Source: Tubiluchus corallicola
Lineage: Eukaryota > Animalia > Priapulida
Direction of reading: 5' to 3'
Assembly (NCBI GenBank): GCA_030141605.1
Contig: JAQGDQ010000075.1
Span: 372,001-436,000 of the forward strand
Length of the DNA: 64,000 bases
The notes below the pieces were generated by a model. The model was given only the letters and a program-made list of their open reading frames with translations, did no database searches and was not told where the DNA came from. Made by a program: the position numbers and the translations under genes. Below are positions 1 to 17,681 of the stretch, in pieces; position 1 is the stretch's first letter, and each line of letters opens with the position of its first letter.

Positions 1-772
1 AGGACCTCGACGATTTCAGCGTTTGAAGAGTATTGCTGTTTGCTGGGAGGCAATTTTTAACACATTAATGATAAGAACTTAATACGATGTCAAGCAGATA
101 TTTAACATTTAGAACGGTGTTTCATTTGCAGTTTTACTTTTGTAATTAAACGAACATTTCTTAAATAAGTACGATTCGAAACAGTTAGATTTGCACTTAC
201 GCTATGGTAATATTATGTGTAATTATTTTGTTCTTGTTATTTCAGCCTGATCATTGCTGCAAAATCCGAAATAAACCATTTTGATTCAGCAAAAACTTCC
301 ATAGTTATAAATGTCCACTAAATGGTAGTAACAAGAACTCTAGCAAATAAGACACAAAACGTTTTTTTAATATTTTATTATTTTCAAAATGCAGCCAATT
401 TAATACATGTAAACTCACTCTATTTAGTCTGAGAGCAAATAAAAGTTATACTTTTGTTTGTGAATTTATTTCAAATACGTTTACCATCAGCAGTAATATC
501 AGCAGCGAAGAAACCGAAATGATAACAACAGTGTTAGTTGTATACGCTTATTTAAATTTTAAATCTTCACATTTTAATTTTTTGTCGGCTGAAGATTTAT
601 TGAAATGGTACAGGTCGAGATATTTTTCTCGACGGTTTCATACGAGTGTTGTATAATTACCTACGTTTCACACGTGAAATAAATAAATCAAATAAATAGT
701 TATGTTATTCAGTTTTTGTCACACGAATGTATGAAGTTTCATGCTTAAATGAAAGATTGCTTTCATCCTTCA

Positions 773-1870
773 CTAACTATTCACTATCTCTGCATCCCAG
801 TTGAGTTTTTTCGGTTTTTTTGGAAAGACGATGTAAGCATCGCTCCATGTATCTAGAAGTTTACTATATATACATTTTCCACCTTTATTGTCTTTCTTAC
901 GCGTGTGCAGCCCTGGCTCAAACATGTGACAAATTAATGTTTCATTTTCACTGCAAATGTTATTGTAAAGCGTGTAGATGTGGTTCTCATTGAAATAATA
1001 ACCTGTATATGTCTCCTGCGCAACAGTTTTTCCACGCTGAAGTCTTTTAGTCCACATATTTAGCAGCAGATCTTTTTCGCCTGGAATATACGGGACGAAG
1101 GAGGAATCTTTCAATTTTTCAAACACCCAATGAAGAAATTTCGACCACACATGTGGCATGGGAGCTAAACCCCACGGTCCGATAAGTGGGTTTAAGTAAA
1201 CCGTGTCATTGCATTCTGCACACAGTGGGTTTCTGTACTGTCTACGACCTCCAACATTTCTTCCGACGTTCCGTCCGGTGGTTAATGTTTCAGCGCCCAC
1301 GTCAGCGTCATCCTTGTAGAAGAGCAGGGCGGCTTTTACCCACTTGTAGTAGTACCTAGAAAGTACCATGTCATCTTCTATTATAATACCGTACCATCCT
1401 GGTTTTTCTGAAGGCACCCAACAAGTAAACCACTGCATATGAATCCCTTTATTGCTAACACTAACAAGAACTTCCTTTTCGCCGTAAGGCCACTCGAACG
1501 CATTAGCAATCGAAAGAGTTTCCTTGGAAATGTGTGGATTTCTGTCTATGCAAATCTTTAATCGTACGTCATCACCATCATACTCTGCGGCGGCCAGAGA
1601 ATTTAGCAACCTCCTCAAGGACCAATGTCTATTCATTGTCAGTACTGCAATCTCCAGTTGGAAGGGATCGTCTTGCATAACGACGCCTGGACCAGGTGAC
1701 GAGACAGAAGACGCTTCTGGTCCTGCGTGCATTGAAGTTGGTTGGACCAAGCTACCACGATTACTCTTCTGGCGTTTTTTCTCCATCTGATCTCGCCTTG
1801 AAAAAATTGCCATGGTAAAGATCAACACGCATAGAACCACGGTGCGTTTCACATGTATACGTTTCATCAT
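773..1870 (-). CDS. Type II membrane GT-A fold glycosyltransferase (GT2-like, At5g12260-like family), single coding exon, 365 aa
   Basis: Uninterrupted ORF with a basic N-tail, one hydrophobic helix (TVVLCVLIFTMAIF) and a Ser/Pro-rich stem. Catalytic motifs IAVLTMNRHWSLRRLLNSLAAAEY, FEWPYGEK, GIHMQWFTCWVP and IIIEDD-x3-S-x-YY match the family as recalled. A candidate 5'UTR donor (AG|GTAAGT, minus strand) lies at 4817. Confidence 0.8.
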   Translation of the reverse strand: MMKRIHVKRTVVLCVLIFTMAIFSRRDQMEKKRQKSNRGSLVQPTSMHAGPEASSVSSPGPGVVMQDDPFQLEIAVLTMNRHWSLRRLLNSLAAAEYDGDDVRLKICIDRNPHISKETLSIANAFEWPYGEKEVLVSVSNKGIHMQWFTCWVPSEKPGWYGIIIEDDMVLSRYYYKWVKAALLFYKDDADVGAETLTTGRNVGRNVGGRRQYRNPLCAECNDTVYLNPLIGPWGLAPMPHVWSKFLHWVFEKLKDSSFVPYIPGEKDLLLNMWTKRLQRGKTVAQETYTGYYFNENHIYTLYNNICSENETLICHMFEPGLHTRKKDNKGGKCIYSKLLDTWSDAYIVFPKKPKKLNWDAEIVNS

Positions 1871-4800
1871 GGTACCAGTTTAACACACAGTTCTTAAGCA
1901 AGGACATTCAGAAAATTATTTGTCACAATACGTCATGTGTTCACATTACTTAGTTATTACTGACTTCGTAGAAGTTGTAAGTATAAATTACTAAAATTGA
2001 AATTATTTGCTACTATACACACGATAAGTTCTAAATCTATATAGTAGTAATAGCTAAAGTAGAATATCACTCAGCTCTTCGGCACACATGATCAAACCAA
2101 ACCGGCATTATGGGGGTAGTGGTTCACTTATTTCCTCTGGCTATTTTTCGTGTTTAAGTGTCATCCTGCGCCCATATGAATTGGTTACTAATTATTTTAG
2201 CGCGTATAACTTCTGTTAGTAGGCGTATGCTCGTGAATAAGTGGGTTAGCCGTACTGTAACAACCTTACGAAAAAGAAACAAACAAATTTGGAATAATTT
2301 GGTATAATTAATATACGTATAGATAACACTCCATAGACCCCTAGTGTTAAGCTAGAACGTGCAAGCTGTAAAGAATCTGATTTGTGGCCGTCGCAAAGTG
2401 ATATTTAGTAAGAAGAGACACTATCAAAAAACAAGAAGGTATAATAATGACAAGAATATAACTAAAATAAAAATTCCGTAACAAAAGCGAATCTTCACAT
2501 GAAAACAAGAGCGCAACAAGTCACTTTTACGTTTTTTATGCAGACAGTGTACAACGAGCAAAGAAAGTTTAATGACTCTTCAACGTCAAAATCAACCTTC
2601 AAGGTTTAGGAAGCTGATCGAATTTAAAGGTCATTGAAATCACCAATATCTGTAGGCGAAACCCCTTCAAGGATCCTTTAGAAGAACTTTGACGCTGCAA
2701 TCTTTGGTCACATCGGCGGACGATCATGATCACACGCTTGACCATGAAGTGTTTGAGAGGTGTTTTATGGACAGCGAATAATAGCTCTTCTGAACACCAA
2801 TCAATTGTACGATCGTCACAGTAGGCCTAAAACTCATTTGAATTTAGCAATAACTTAATCATTTAACTAATATGCATGTTAAGGAAACATAAAAATCCAT
2901 GTTGAAAATGGTAAATAGTTTTCAGATGATGCTAATTTAAATTTATGTTAGAGATTACACTAGTAGTGTAGCTTAGACAGATTTAGCGCTGTGTTCTAAA
3001 TTTTAGCTTTTTTCATAATGAAAATGTTTTAATCGAGTTGATAGTTTATTCAGAAAACTGCAGTAGGAAGGACGAACAAGAAAGAAGCGCGTTAAAATAC
3101 GTAATAAATTTCATTTACAGAGATGGGAATCTCTCTTATATACTGAGACGTTTAAATGCTAACTTAAATTTCTGTAAATCACTCGTTTGCCAATTGTGCA
3201 GTAGGCTAGCCACCTAATTTTGCAAAAAGTGGATTTTTTGGAATTTGAAATGCCAACTTTCAAGCTTCGAAACAACTATTAAAGACATTTCAAAAATGTC
3301 AAGTGAAACTCATATATACGGCAGACTATCTAAATGGTAGTGCCATTATTAGCACACAGTAACTAATTTTTAACAGTAGCTTCACAAATTTTGTGTGTGG
3401 TGACTGCCGACATCTGTAGCAGACAGTTACTACAAACGCTACTAACATAAGACTTGGCATATAAGTTAAACATACTGCATATCGATGGAACTAGTACTAA
3501 ATGCTATCAAATTTTGATGAACGAACCAAAACGGTAACTAACCATGATACGATTAATCAAGTAAACCTCAACAAGTATTGATTTATCTGTATAATTTATA
3601 ATGTATATGTTTTCGAAACACACTACATATGATAGTGCGGAATCTAGTACCTCGTCAATGCGAATATCATGTTGTTTACTGGATTAATCGGACAAGCTGG
3701 AGATGCAACGATTTGATTCGTCTATACAGTTCAATACAAGATACCACGAGCTCTGAAACTCCAGTAATTTATCTACATAATGAGTTAGGAAATCTTGGTT
3801 AATATTTTTACTGAATTAACTCATTTATCCTGAACGTTTTAGCTTTTAGCTGCTTTTAGTGTTTACTTTTTAAATTATCATTACTTCAGTTTTACTGACA
3901 TACCTACTTTTCGAAACAAAATACTATCGATGATCGATTATAATCACTTGATTGATTGACTGATTAACTAGTAAGGCAACAGCAACGAAAAGAAATTTAT
4001 AACAAGAAAATTAAGTTTTTCAACCCTAATTAGCGTGTTAACCATTTTAGTCACAGCAGAAACACTGAGACACAGCCGCTACTTGTGTGATCGCTGCTTG
4101 AAGCAAAAATAAATAACGCTCTCTAACAGAGACAAATAGACTAATTGGCACTTTTGCGGTCAGACAACCTCATTTAATTAAACCACACGCAATTCAGACA
4201 TTTGCACTAAGAGTGGCAAAGTTGGAAATAACAAAAATAAGGATCTTTTAGTTAAAACCATTCTTGCAGTCGAGATGCTGCTGGCAAACACTAAATGCTG
4301 GCCAGTCACAAAATTACAGTTATCGCGTTTCTCTTTTTTCTCTAAGGGTTTTTTAAAAAAGCATCTATATGCTTGAGAGTTTAGCTGGACAAGATTACTT
4401 CCTAAACTTCACATCACAATTCAAGCGCAACTTTCATAGAAGTCCGCTTCGTTAATTAGAGTAAACCTCTCCATTTGGAAACAAAACAATAAATGACATT
4501 TTGCGAGCGCGTTTTCTTTTGTATTTATTTTCTCAAAATAAATAAAGAAAATAGTCAAGCAACAGGTCTAATAACAAACGCAGCAAGAATTCGAAGACCT
4601 AAACCGCCTAATGACAAATTATAACAAGTTTTTATCCTTTGTTATGACTTTCCTCGATTTAAGTAAACATTGTGGGTTTGTACAAGTACAATATGCCTAC
4701 AAACAAGATTTATAAATCATTAGAAACACCCTTTACCTCTTTTCTCGCTCAAGTTTTCTTTTTTGGCTGAAGTTGCAAATTTAACAAACTTAGTAAAGTA

Positions 4801-7182
4801 AAAAACGTAGGACTTACCTAAAAGTTTCATGCGTGCAAGGCTTTGCAAACCCACTGAACATCAACCAGCGTCTCCGATCTCAGTGACAAGATAACGATGT
4901 TCTGATGAGTCGTCAATCTCCGTGAATGGACAACAAAAACAGAAAAGCAACGCCGCAACTGGTGCTCCGTCCTGTCTAGTAACAAGTCTTTAGTTCAGTG
5001 ATTACCCAAGCAGTTACAGTGTTGTTGCCGTCTGAGCAAAAAGCCAGTTCGGTGGTGATAATGCAAAGAAAGGCTTGGCATAAATAGACATAATACCACA
5101 GGATTCTGCATAATGGTTTAAGTCCTAATGCACCTACAGAGCAAGTCTGCCGAGTCTTCTAAGTATAAAGCATCTACTTAAACTTCAACGAGCAGCTTAC
5201 AAAAGCAACCAAAACAAAAGTACTAGTGTTCAGCTTCCAACGGTCAGTTCCTACTGTAATCTCGTAGCACAGAACAATGTACTTACTCCGATGTATCCGA
5301 TTCAATTGGAAAATATTTTAATATTTAAAAATGTTTGGAGTGTTTTTGCAGAATTGCTTCTTATTTTTTTCCCAGAAATTCTATTTGATCTTCATCCTCC
5401 AGAATTTCAAGTTTAAGTGATAAATGTAATTTAAATACATTAAGTACTAGTTCAGTTTTTAAATGCTAGTTCAGCTCACAGTAGCTACTAAAAATCGATA
5501 TTGGTGTTCTTTCTTGTGAAATGGTCGCATGCTTCGAATTTACCAAATTACATAATATTTTACAAAGATAAGGAAATTATTTCAATGTTTTAAATTTTTG
5601 CAACAAGTCTGTCAAAATTAGATACATTTAATTACTGTTCAAAACGAACGAGCGAACAGACAGACAGACAAACAAACGCTCTCACAAATTTCTGTGCTCT
5701 ACGTGAATAAAATAACAAGAGCCACACAGTTACCAACTGATTTTCAGTCAACGATATCAACTTTTAACGCGAAACAGCAAGAATAATCTGTTTTAGTCAT
5801 TCGATGTTGTTATTCATTAATCGTGACGTTTTTTCAATTTTTTTGATCAAATAATTTCAGAATAGGATTTAGTGATCAAGAACATAGAAGTGGCGTACAT
5901 TAAAGATATAGAAAGGCGCATTAAAACACATCTATTTGCTTGGTAAGCACTAAATTAGCTTAATAATTACATCGTGCATCTTTGCGCTGGCAATAAACAT
6001 TTTCGTGCGTACAAATAAATAGGGCGGGTGATTCAAACGAAAAAGTCACTCGCAACAAGTTACGTACAAGTATTGGACGATTTATAAAAAACATTATTAG
6101 AAAAGTAGCTAAATACCGCAAAAAATGTTGCGCACAAACCTCACAGGGCGCTTCAAAAACAATGTGGATGAATGAAATACGCAATTAATAAAATAAAAAA
6201 ATAAATAGAATAGAAATAACTGAGATAACGAAACAATTGTTCGAAAAAATCATTGAAAAAATGTGCGTTAGCTGAAACCAAAAATACTTTTTTGTGCTAC
6301 TTAACATTATTTGGAACCATACTGATTAAATATTTTTCTTACATTCTATTTTGCTCAGTTGCATGTTCAGTAGCAAGTGGTAAACTACAAGTAATGTAGC
6401 TACGCTTAACGTACAAAGATTTATGGTATTTGCAGTTATTTTTCAGCAATTTGTTCGAATTTTCTGTCAAATTTACCCAAGTGTTGAGCTGGCCTTAGGC
6501 TTAACCGAACTAACTCTTGGTTACCAAAAACCATATTTCACTTGCTAACAAGACATGATCATCAATATCCCCAACCTCCTAGTCATAAGGTTAAAATGCC
6601 ACCATTCTGCTTGCCTGGATGTCTTCAAAGTAAACTTACAGATACTACTCAATACACAGGGGAATTTGTTAAAAAATTACATGTATTTTAATAGTACTGC
6701 ATAAATGCATGACAGAATATTCAGTATAAAACGGTAATTTAAGACAATAAATAACACTTAAACTAAACTACATTTAAATACGAAAAAATAATCTTGCAAT
6801 AGTTTAAGAGATTACTTTTTAATCGATATTTATATAAATACGAACAAAATTTTTGTGATAGCCAATAGGCCCATATCTTAATTTTGCATTATCATTTAAG
6901 TCTGGAGCTAAAAGAAAATTATAAAAAATTCTTTTAGAGTAGTCAAGTGACAGTCTGTCTTTTACTTAAATTATTAATTTTTTTAATTATTTAAATATCG
7001 ACTTAAGTTGACCAGATTGGCAGCTGTAATCACTCAAATCATCCAATAGAGAGTGTCCACATTGCAGCATCTTTTAAAGAAAGCGAGGCCATAATAACAA
7101 CGATAAATTAGATTGTAAATTGTCGTATGATAACAATAAATTTAATTAGTTATTATAATCTTAATGTCAAGACAATTATTAA

Positions 7183-7625
7183 AATAATGGTAGAAACCCA
7201 GAATTACAAACATTAAAGAATGAAATGTAAAAAAGTTGGAATATAGCCTGCATTTGAACCAAGGACTTTCTCCTTACAAGCCAGATGCCTTAGACCACTA
7301 TTCAACCATATTTTAAAATTTATCTAGGCAATCCAAAGACCAAGGAATATCATATTCAAAAATACTCAAAATAAAAAAATTAATCTAATTGGAATACTTC
7401 TAGTCAAGTGCATGCAGTCTGACATTGGATGTGCCAAATTTTGTTATAAAAAATGCTATAAAAATGAACTTAGCACTGCCTTGATCACTGGGGCATATGG
7501 TGGCTTCATAGTCAAAAGTGCTTATAAGCAGAAGGCTCTGGTTCAAATCCAGACTGTATTACACTTTTTCGTATTTCCTGACTTTCAAGTCTGGTATTAA
7601 AAGTTGTGAGTTGGAACCATCACTA
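7183..7625. mobile_element. Decayed fold-back element with two outward-facing tRNA-derived (A/B-box) heads
   Basis: B-box GGTTCAAATCC on + at 7540-7550. B-box GGTTCAAATGC on - at 7250-7260, preceded by the tRNA-like AGTGGTCTAAGGC. Arms 7183-7310 and 7496-7625 are degenerate reverse complements, and each head is followed by a T-run. Confidence 0.55.
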
Positions 7626-7843
7626 ACAATAAATTTATTTGGTTTTATGTTCATAAGAGCAAAGTAATCATAAAAATACAATTTGTAAAATACAACATTT
7701 CCAAACTCAACATTAAAAAATTTAATATTAATTTAAAATAAAAAAATAACATATAAATGTTTTTACAACAACAATGTGCATTGTCAAGCATTATGCACAC
7801 CATGAACTGTTTTGAAAACTACTTTGTTGTTAGTTAAAAATTT

Positions 7844-12678
<4,835 letters not shown>

Positions 12679-13229
12679 TCTAAAAAAGAACGTACAGAAA
12701 TAGATGCTGAAATATTGAAGATTTACCTTATGCTATCAAATAACAAACAAGAAAAGTTTGCTTATTTTCCTAACTGCACGACAATCTAGCTCTTACTGCT
12801 ACATCTGCATAACAACAAAATACTAGATTTGCAAGATAACAATGACTTTTTTAAAACAACCATGTTTTATTGGATTTTTTCGGATGATGCCAATTTTCAT
12901 TTGGGTGATGTTGTGGGGGTGCTTACGTTGTACGTGTATGTAATAATGCTAGCAGAAATTGTGATTTCTATTAGTTAAAGAACATGTAGCTTCACTAAGA
13001 CAGTTTTTCGTTTTGATTTTTTTCTTTGTGAAATTTAAAGTGTTCTTAAATCAATAACATTAGTTTGCTAGTCTATCTGCAAAACTACCATTCATCGTAA
13101 GAAACATGCACCATATGACACATGTAAAATACATGTAAAATATGTAGTTTTATTATGAAATATATTAATATGTTTTACTTTTTAGAAGAACACTTGCTAA
13201 AGATATTTAGCAAATGGCATAACTGAATG

Positions 13230-14900
13230 GCATCAAAACCTGTAGTTGTAGCTGTCGGTGTTTCCTGACTATTCAACCTTATGTAGAAAAACTACGCAAA
13301 AAACTGCGATGTTCTTTTATTACAGGAACACAGGGATATTTCAATTAAGTAAAATGTATAAATTTGTGCAAAAATCCAGGTTTTCCATTGTGCTTACTCA
13401 GCGATGACTGACATGTTATCACTACGCTCTTTGAAAGGTCGCTTTTCCAGTTGTAGTGTTCATCATGTGGAAGGAAATTATTAATAATTGCATGGAAAAA
13501 TTAGCTATAAATAATAACCACTTTAATAATAAATACAACAATTAATGTGATAATCAACCATGGCACAGTTCTTGACAATTGTCTTTATTCTAACATAGTA
13601 CCCATAGCTAAGGATAAACGAGGTAATTTATCAGCCTTATCTAACTACAGAGGCATTGACTTGCATTGTTGCATTGACTTCTTCTCTTAGTAAGCTTCTA
13701 GATTTGTAAATTTTGAGTATTTTTAAATACAGTCACTTACTATGTACATTAGACCAACAATTCGATTTCGTACCTAAGTTATCCACATCCATGCATTCAA
13801 TGGCTTTTAAAGAAACTATCAATCATTACTTATGCAATGGTTGTCCTGTGTATTGTGCCATGCTTGATGCATCGAAAGCATTTGATAAGGTTCATCACTG
13901 TTTAGTTTATTAATTGATAGAAACATCGCCTATTCTATTACAAGAGTTTTGTTAAATTTATATATGCAGCAGTATGCTTGCATTAAATAAAATAATTTCA
14001 TATCTAAAGAAATGCATCTTTTTAATGGTGTAAGACAAGGGGCAATATTATCTCCTATTTTTTTGGTGTCTATATTGATGGTTTTTTTAGTTAAATTATG
14101 TGATTCTGATATTGGATGTAAGGTTAGCAACATTTATACCGGGGCCCTCTGCTACGCCGATGATGTTCCATTGCTCTCACCTAATGCTAAATCTTTGCAA
14201 TATATGGTAACTAAATGTGAAAATTATGGTAATCATTTCAATATAAATTCCCCTAATATGCAAAATAATAAGGTAAAAAGTTAATGTATTATTTATTATT
14301 TTTAGAAATGGTAAATGTAAAGTAAAACAACACAGTCCTCTAATTTTACTTGAAAACAGGCCATTGCCTTTTTCCAATCAGGTCACTCACTTGGGTCACA
14401 TTTTGACTTTTGATTTACAAGATGATGAAGACATTTGTGATAAATGCAGTCATTTTATATACCGAGCTAATTATATTATTGCTAATTTTTCCTATTTTCC
14501 TATCACTTACACAGATTTAAATCACATGTCTTCCATAGCTACTGTCACAGAAACTCCATAGTAAAATTTCTAAACTAAGTACAGCTTGGAATCTTGGAAT
14601 ATTGCAGTAAGAAAACTATGGAATTTGCCATTTGTATTACACTGTCTTCCTCTTATATGTGATACTGATACTTACAAAAACAATTTATTAAATTTTACCA
14701 TAGTTGCTTATATGTGAAAATCATATAGCCAATTTCTTTGCACATCTCAATTTCATGCTTCTTCTCTAATAGGTTATAATTTGTTATCTATTTGTAACAA
14801 GTACAAAACTTTTTACACAAATGAAAATTTTCTTTCTAAAGTTCTTTCGTGTACATCAGATGTAAAGAAGTAATGCTAGCAAAGAACAAAGACAGACTGT
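13230..14900 (+). mobile_element. Decayed, internally deleted non-LTR retrotransposon (APE endonuclease + reverse transcriptase remnants)
   Basis: Endonuclease remnant CDVLLLQEH at ~13304-13332 and SAM...KGR. RT remnants IVPIAKDKRGNLSALSNYRGI, CAMLDASKAFDKVHH, NGVRQGAILSP and GALCYADD, interrupted by stops and frameshifts. Boundaries approximate and clade not determined. Confidence 0.9.
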
Positions 14901-15528
14901 AAGTTTCATTAAAGAGATAAATGAGCTCTAGAACATAATTGTTTTGATTCTTTTGACAGTAATGAATTGTATGCCATACTAACATATCTTACTCTCACTT
15001 AACTGTATAAATTCACATTGCTTACTAAACTTGTTAATTAATGTTATTTTAATTGTTGACCTGTTTGTTTATTGATGTGATTGTACCACAAGTACGAATA
15101 AAAACGATATAAATATATGATGACATGTATATGGCATTTGACTAAAGGGAGTGACCATTTGAAGTTATATAGATTACCAGGAATGTTTAGTAGTAATTGA
15201 TGAAATAATTTCCAATATAACTTACGAAAAGCTCTATTATGGGTAATTTTAATGTCTTTGTTAAAAAATATGTATAAAGGCAATCTGAATTCGTTAAGTA
15301 GTTTTGAGCAATTCTTCAAACATTTATAACTATTGGGGTGCTACATCATTGGTTATTAATAGTAAAATATTTGAACTAGTTTTGTACATTACAATTAAAA
15401 AGTTGCTACACAGTGATTTGATTATCTCCAATTTGGGTACAGGCAAAATAGTAGAACTTTGTGAACAGTGTATTTTATAATGTGCTTCACAACAGTGGAA
15501 CTTTATTCAAGTAATAACAATAACGTAT

Positions 15529-15700
15529 ATGCTTGCTAACGTGGATGCCAGTAAAGTGAATAAAGCCTTTGATAAAATATCTCATTATGTCTTATTTATA
15601 AAAGTTTTAGAAAGAGGCATAAATATGGAAGTAATTGAAACTACACGTACAATTGGTACTCTGCCTGTACAAAGGCCCAAGGGTAGAACTAAATGGGAAA
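15529..15700 (+). mobile_element. Short LINE reverse-transcriptase fragment
   Basis: VDAS...KAFDKISHYVLFIKVLERGI resembles the RT 'D-x-SKAFD' region. Confidence 0.65.
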
Positions 15701-16238
15701 TTATTATCATGGTCCAATTCCATAAAATATCTTGGTATATACTGATAATGACTGATTATTCTGCCCAAATGTGAAACTTTCTGCAGTATTCACAGCATTT
15801 ATTTTTTTTAAGTTTCTCACCTAATCCATAGCTACTGGCTAAGTTGTGTAAAATATACTGTTTACTTGTAATCTTATTGCTTTATAGTATTGAAGTATGA
15901 TAAGGAGTAATGAAGGAATCTGTATATCTGTAGTATGGTATAATGCTCTGAAGAAGATTCAAAACATGTATTCTCGTATTAATCAATGTCAGCAATTTGG
16001 CTTTCACACTTAAAGTCTAATTATAATTATTAATAAAGATTCATATTTCAGATTAAGCAAGGTGTAAAAATTAGTAGCATATTGATACAAATTATACTAA
16101 ACCCTATCACGCAGGACACACACAAAATAACCATTGTGATTATTATAGGCCTTCAGTCTTTGCAGTGTGCGTATTAGCTATTAAGTATTATTATTATTAT
16201 ATATTATTAAGTATCATTTCTAGCCAAGGCTGACATAC

Positions 16239-16337
16239 CGTTACTTTAGATAGTAATGGGTTACACACTGCTTCAATGCTGGTTTGCACTTACGGTGAAA
16301 CAGAAGTCATCATAGTACAGAAATAGAGATAAATTAT
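16239..16337 (-). other. TERB2: Candidate upstream (5') exon of TERB2 with two alternative donors
   Basis: Acceptor TTTTATTTTAG ends at 16338. Donors are GTAAGT at 16293 and GTATGT at 16238. ATGATG lies at 16313-16308. Confidence 0.45.
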
Positions 16338-17419
16338 CTAAAATAAAAACAATTATAAATGGAGTTTTTAAAAGAATTTCAGACGATGGAGGAAAATCAA
16401 CAAACTTTCATGACGAATTCACGAATCGCGAATGGCGCAGAGCCGCAGACACGTAAAAGCCAGGAAACAAATTAACATGAAAATCTTCAAGTAATTTCAG
16501 TCATCCTTGTCGCCCTCTCCTTTCGCCTGTCCGGTTAAAGGTATTACACTGTTATGGCGCCACTGCTTGTTATACTGTCATGATTAGGGGTTAAGCGAGT
16601 ACAATGTACACTCATAGAAACCCCACATTTTTCCACAAAATAATTGTTCATTAAGGATTTAAACTTTACTTTAAAGTAGTAGCCAAATGTCAAGTGTCCA
16701 AATGGCCATGCCCAAATGTCACGCATCACGCATGCCACGCTCTCTTTGCAATATTCAAAGAATTTTTGCACTGCTGTCTCGTGAAATGCCACAGTGGCAT
16801 TATGATTTTTAAATTTTAAAGATAGTTTACCGTTGGTTTGGCTCTTTAATTATTAGTAATTAAATCTTGTGAATAGTAATTATGTTTCTTTTTGGGAAAG
16901 CTACAAGTTTATTGCACCATACATGACAACGCTTAGTGCAACAGTGCTTTGCGATCAGTCACTTGCAAGGGTAACATGTCTTTTACATGAAATTACAAAG
17001 ATTCATTTTGATTTTTTTTATAATAATTTGTTAGAAAGTGGCTATGTACAGCATCAGCGATGTTGTAGCAGTAACAGGCTTTTATCTGTACATTAGCCGA
17101 TACTTCTCTTTTTGTAGTATTTCGCCCATAGTGGCAGCCAGGCAAGAAGGATATCTGTCAATTTCAAATATTTTGCAGGTGACTGCTTGCTGTTTCCTAT
17201 TCTCACTTTTGCATTTTGTTGTGGTATCTGTGCAAAGCTTGAGTTTTATTAGACAAATGAAACCAGTCTTTTGAACATTAATTAATAAAGCTGAACTGAT
17301 TAATTATTACATATTTTTACGTTCAATTTTAAAATGAAACAATATTTTAAAATGTCTTATATGGTCGACACATCTAATTAGATGATTACTAGTAGACAGG
17401 TACATTTAGTCTAATCAAT

Positions 17420-17440
17420 TTATTATTATTATTATTATTC

Positions 17441-17490
<50 letters not shown>
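17420..17490. repeat. (TTA)n microsatellite
   Basis: Directly visible, just upstream of VPS53. Confidence 0.95.
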
Positions 17491-17491
<1 letters not shown>

Positions 17492-17681
17492 AAGTACGCA
17501 TTCAAAACCAATTACTTGTTTGACTAATGAGAATGAATGCATGTAATAAACCATGTATTATAAAAATTCGCTTCACTTCGGAGATTGAGAGTAACTGAAA
17601 GAGTCGGAGACAAACAGCCGCCGGAGTAGCAAAACTAATCTAGCTGCGCCTGGATTTCTCAAAATGAGTCAAAATTGAAAT

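Noticed and set aside
2500-5730. Helentron/HINE-like hints (AACAAGAG starts, ACAG microsatellite at ~5655-5678, recurring GTACTAGTTCAG)
   Set aside because: Too decayed to define boundaries or a family by eye.
7250-7550. Possible tRNA genes at the two B-boxes
   Set aside because: No intact cloverleaf or acceptor stem could be built, so they are treated as tRNA-derived repeat heads.
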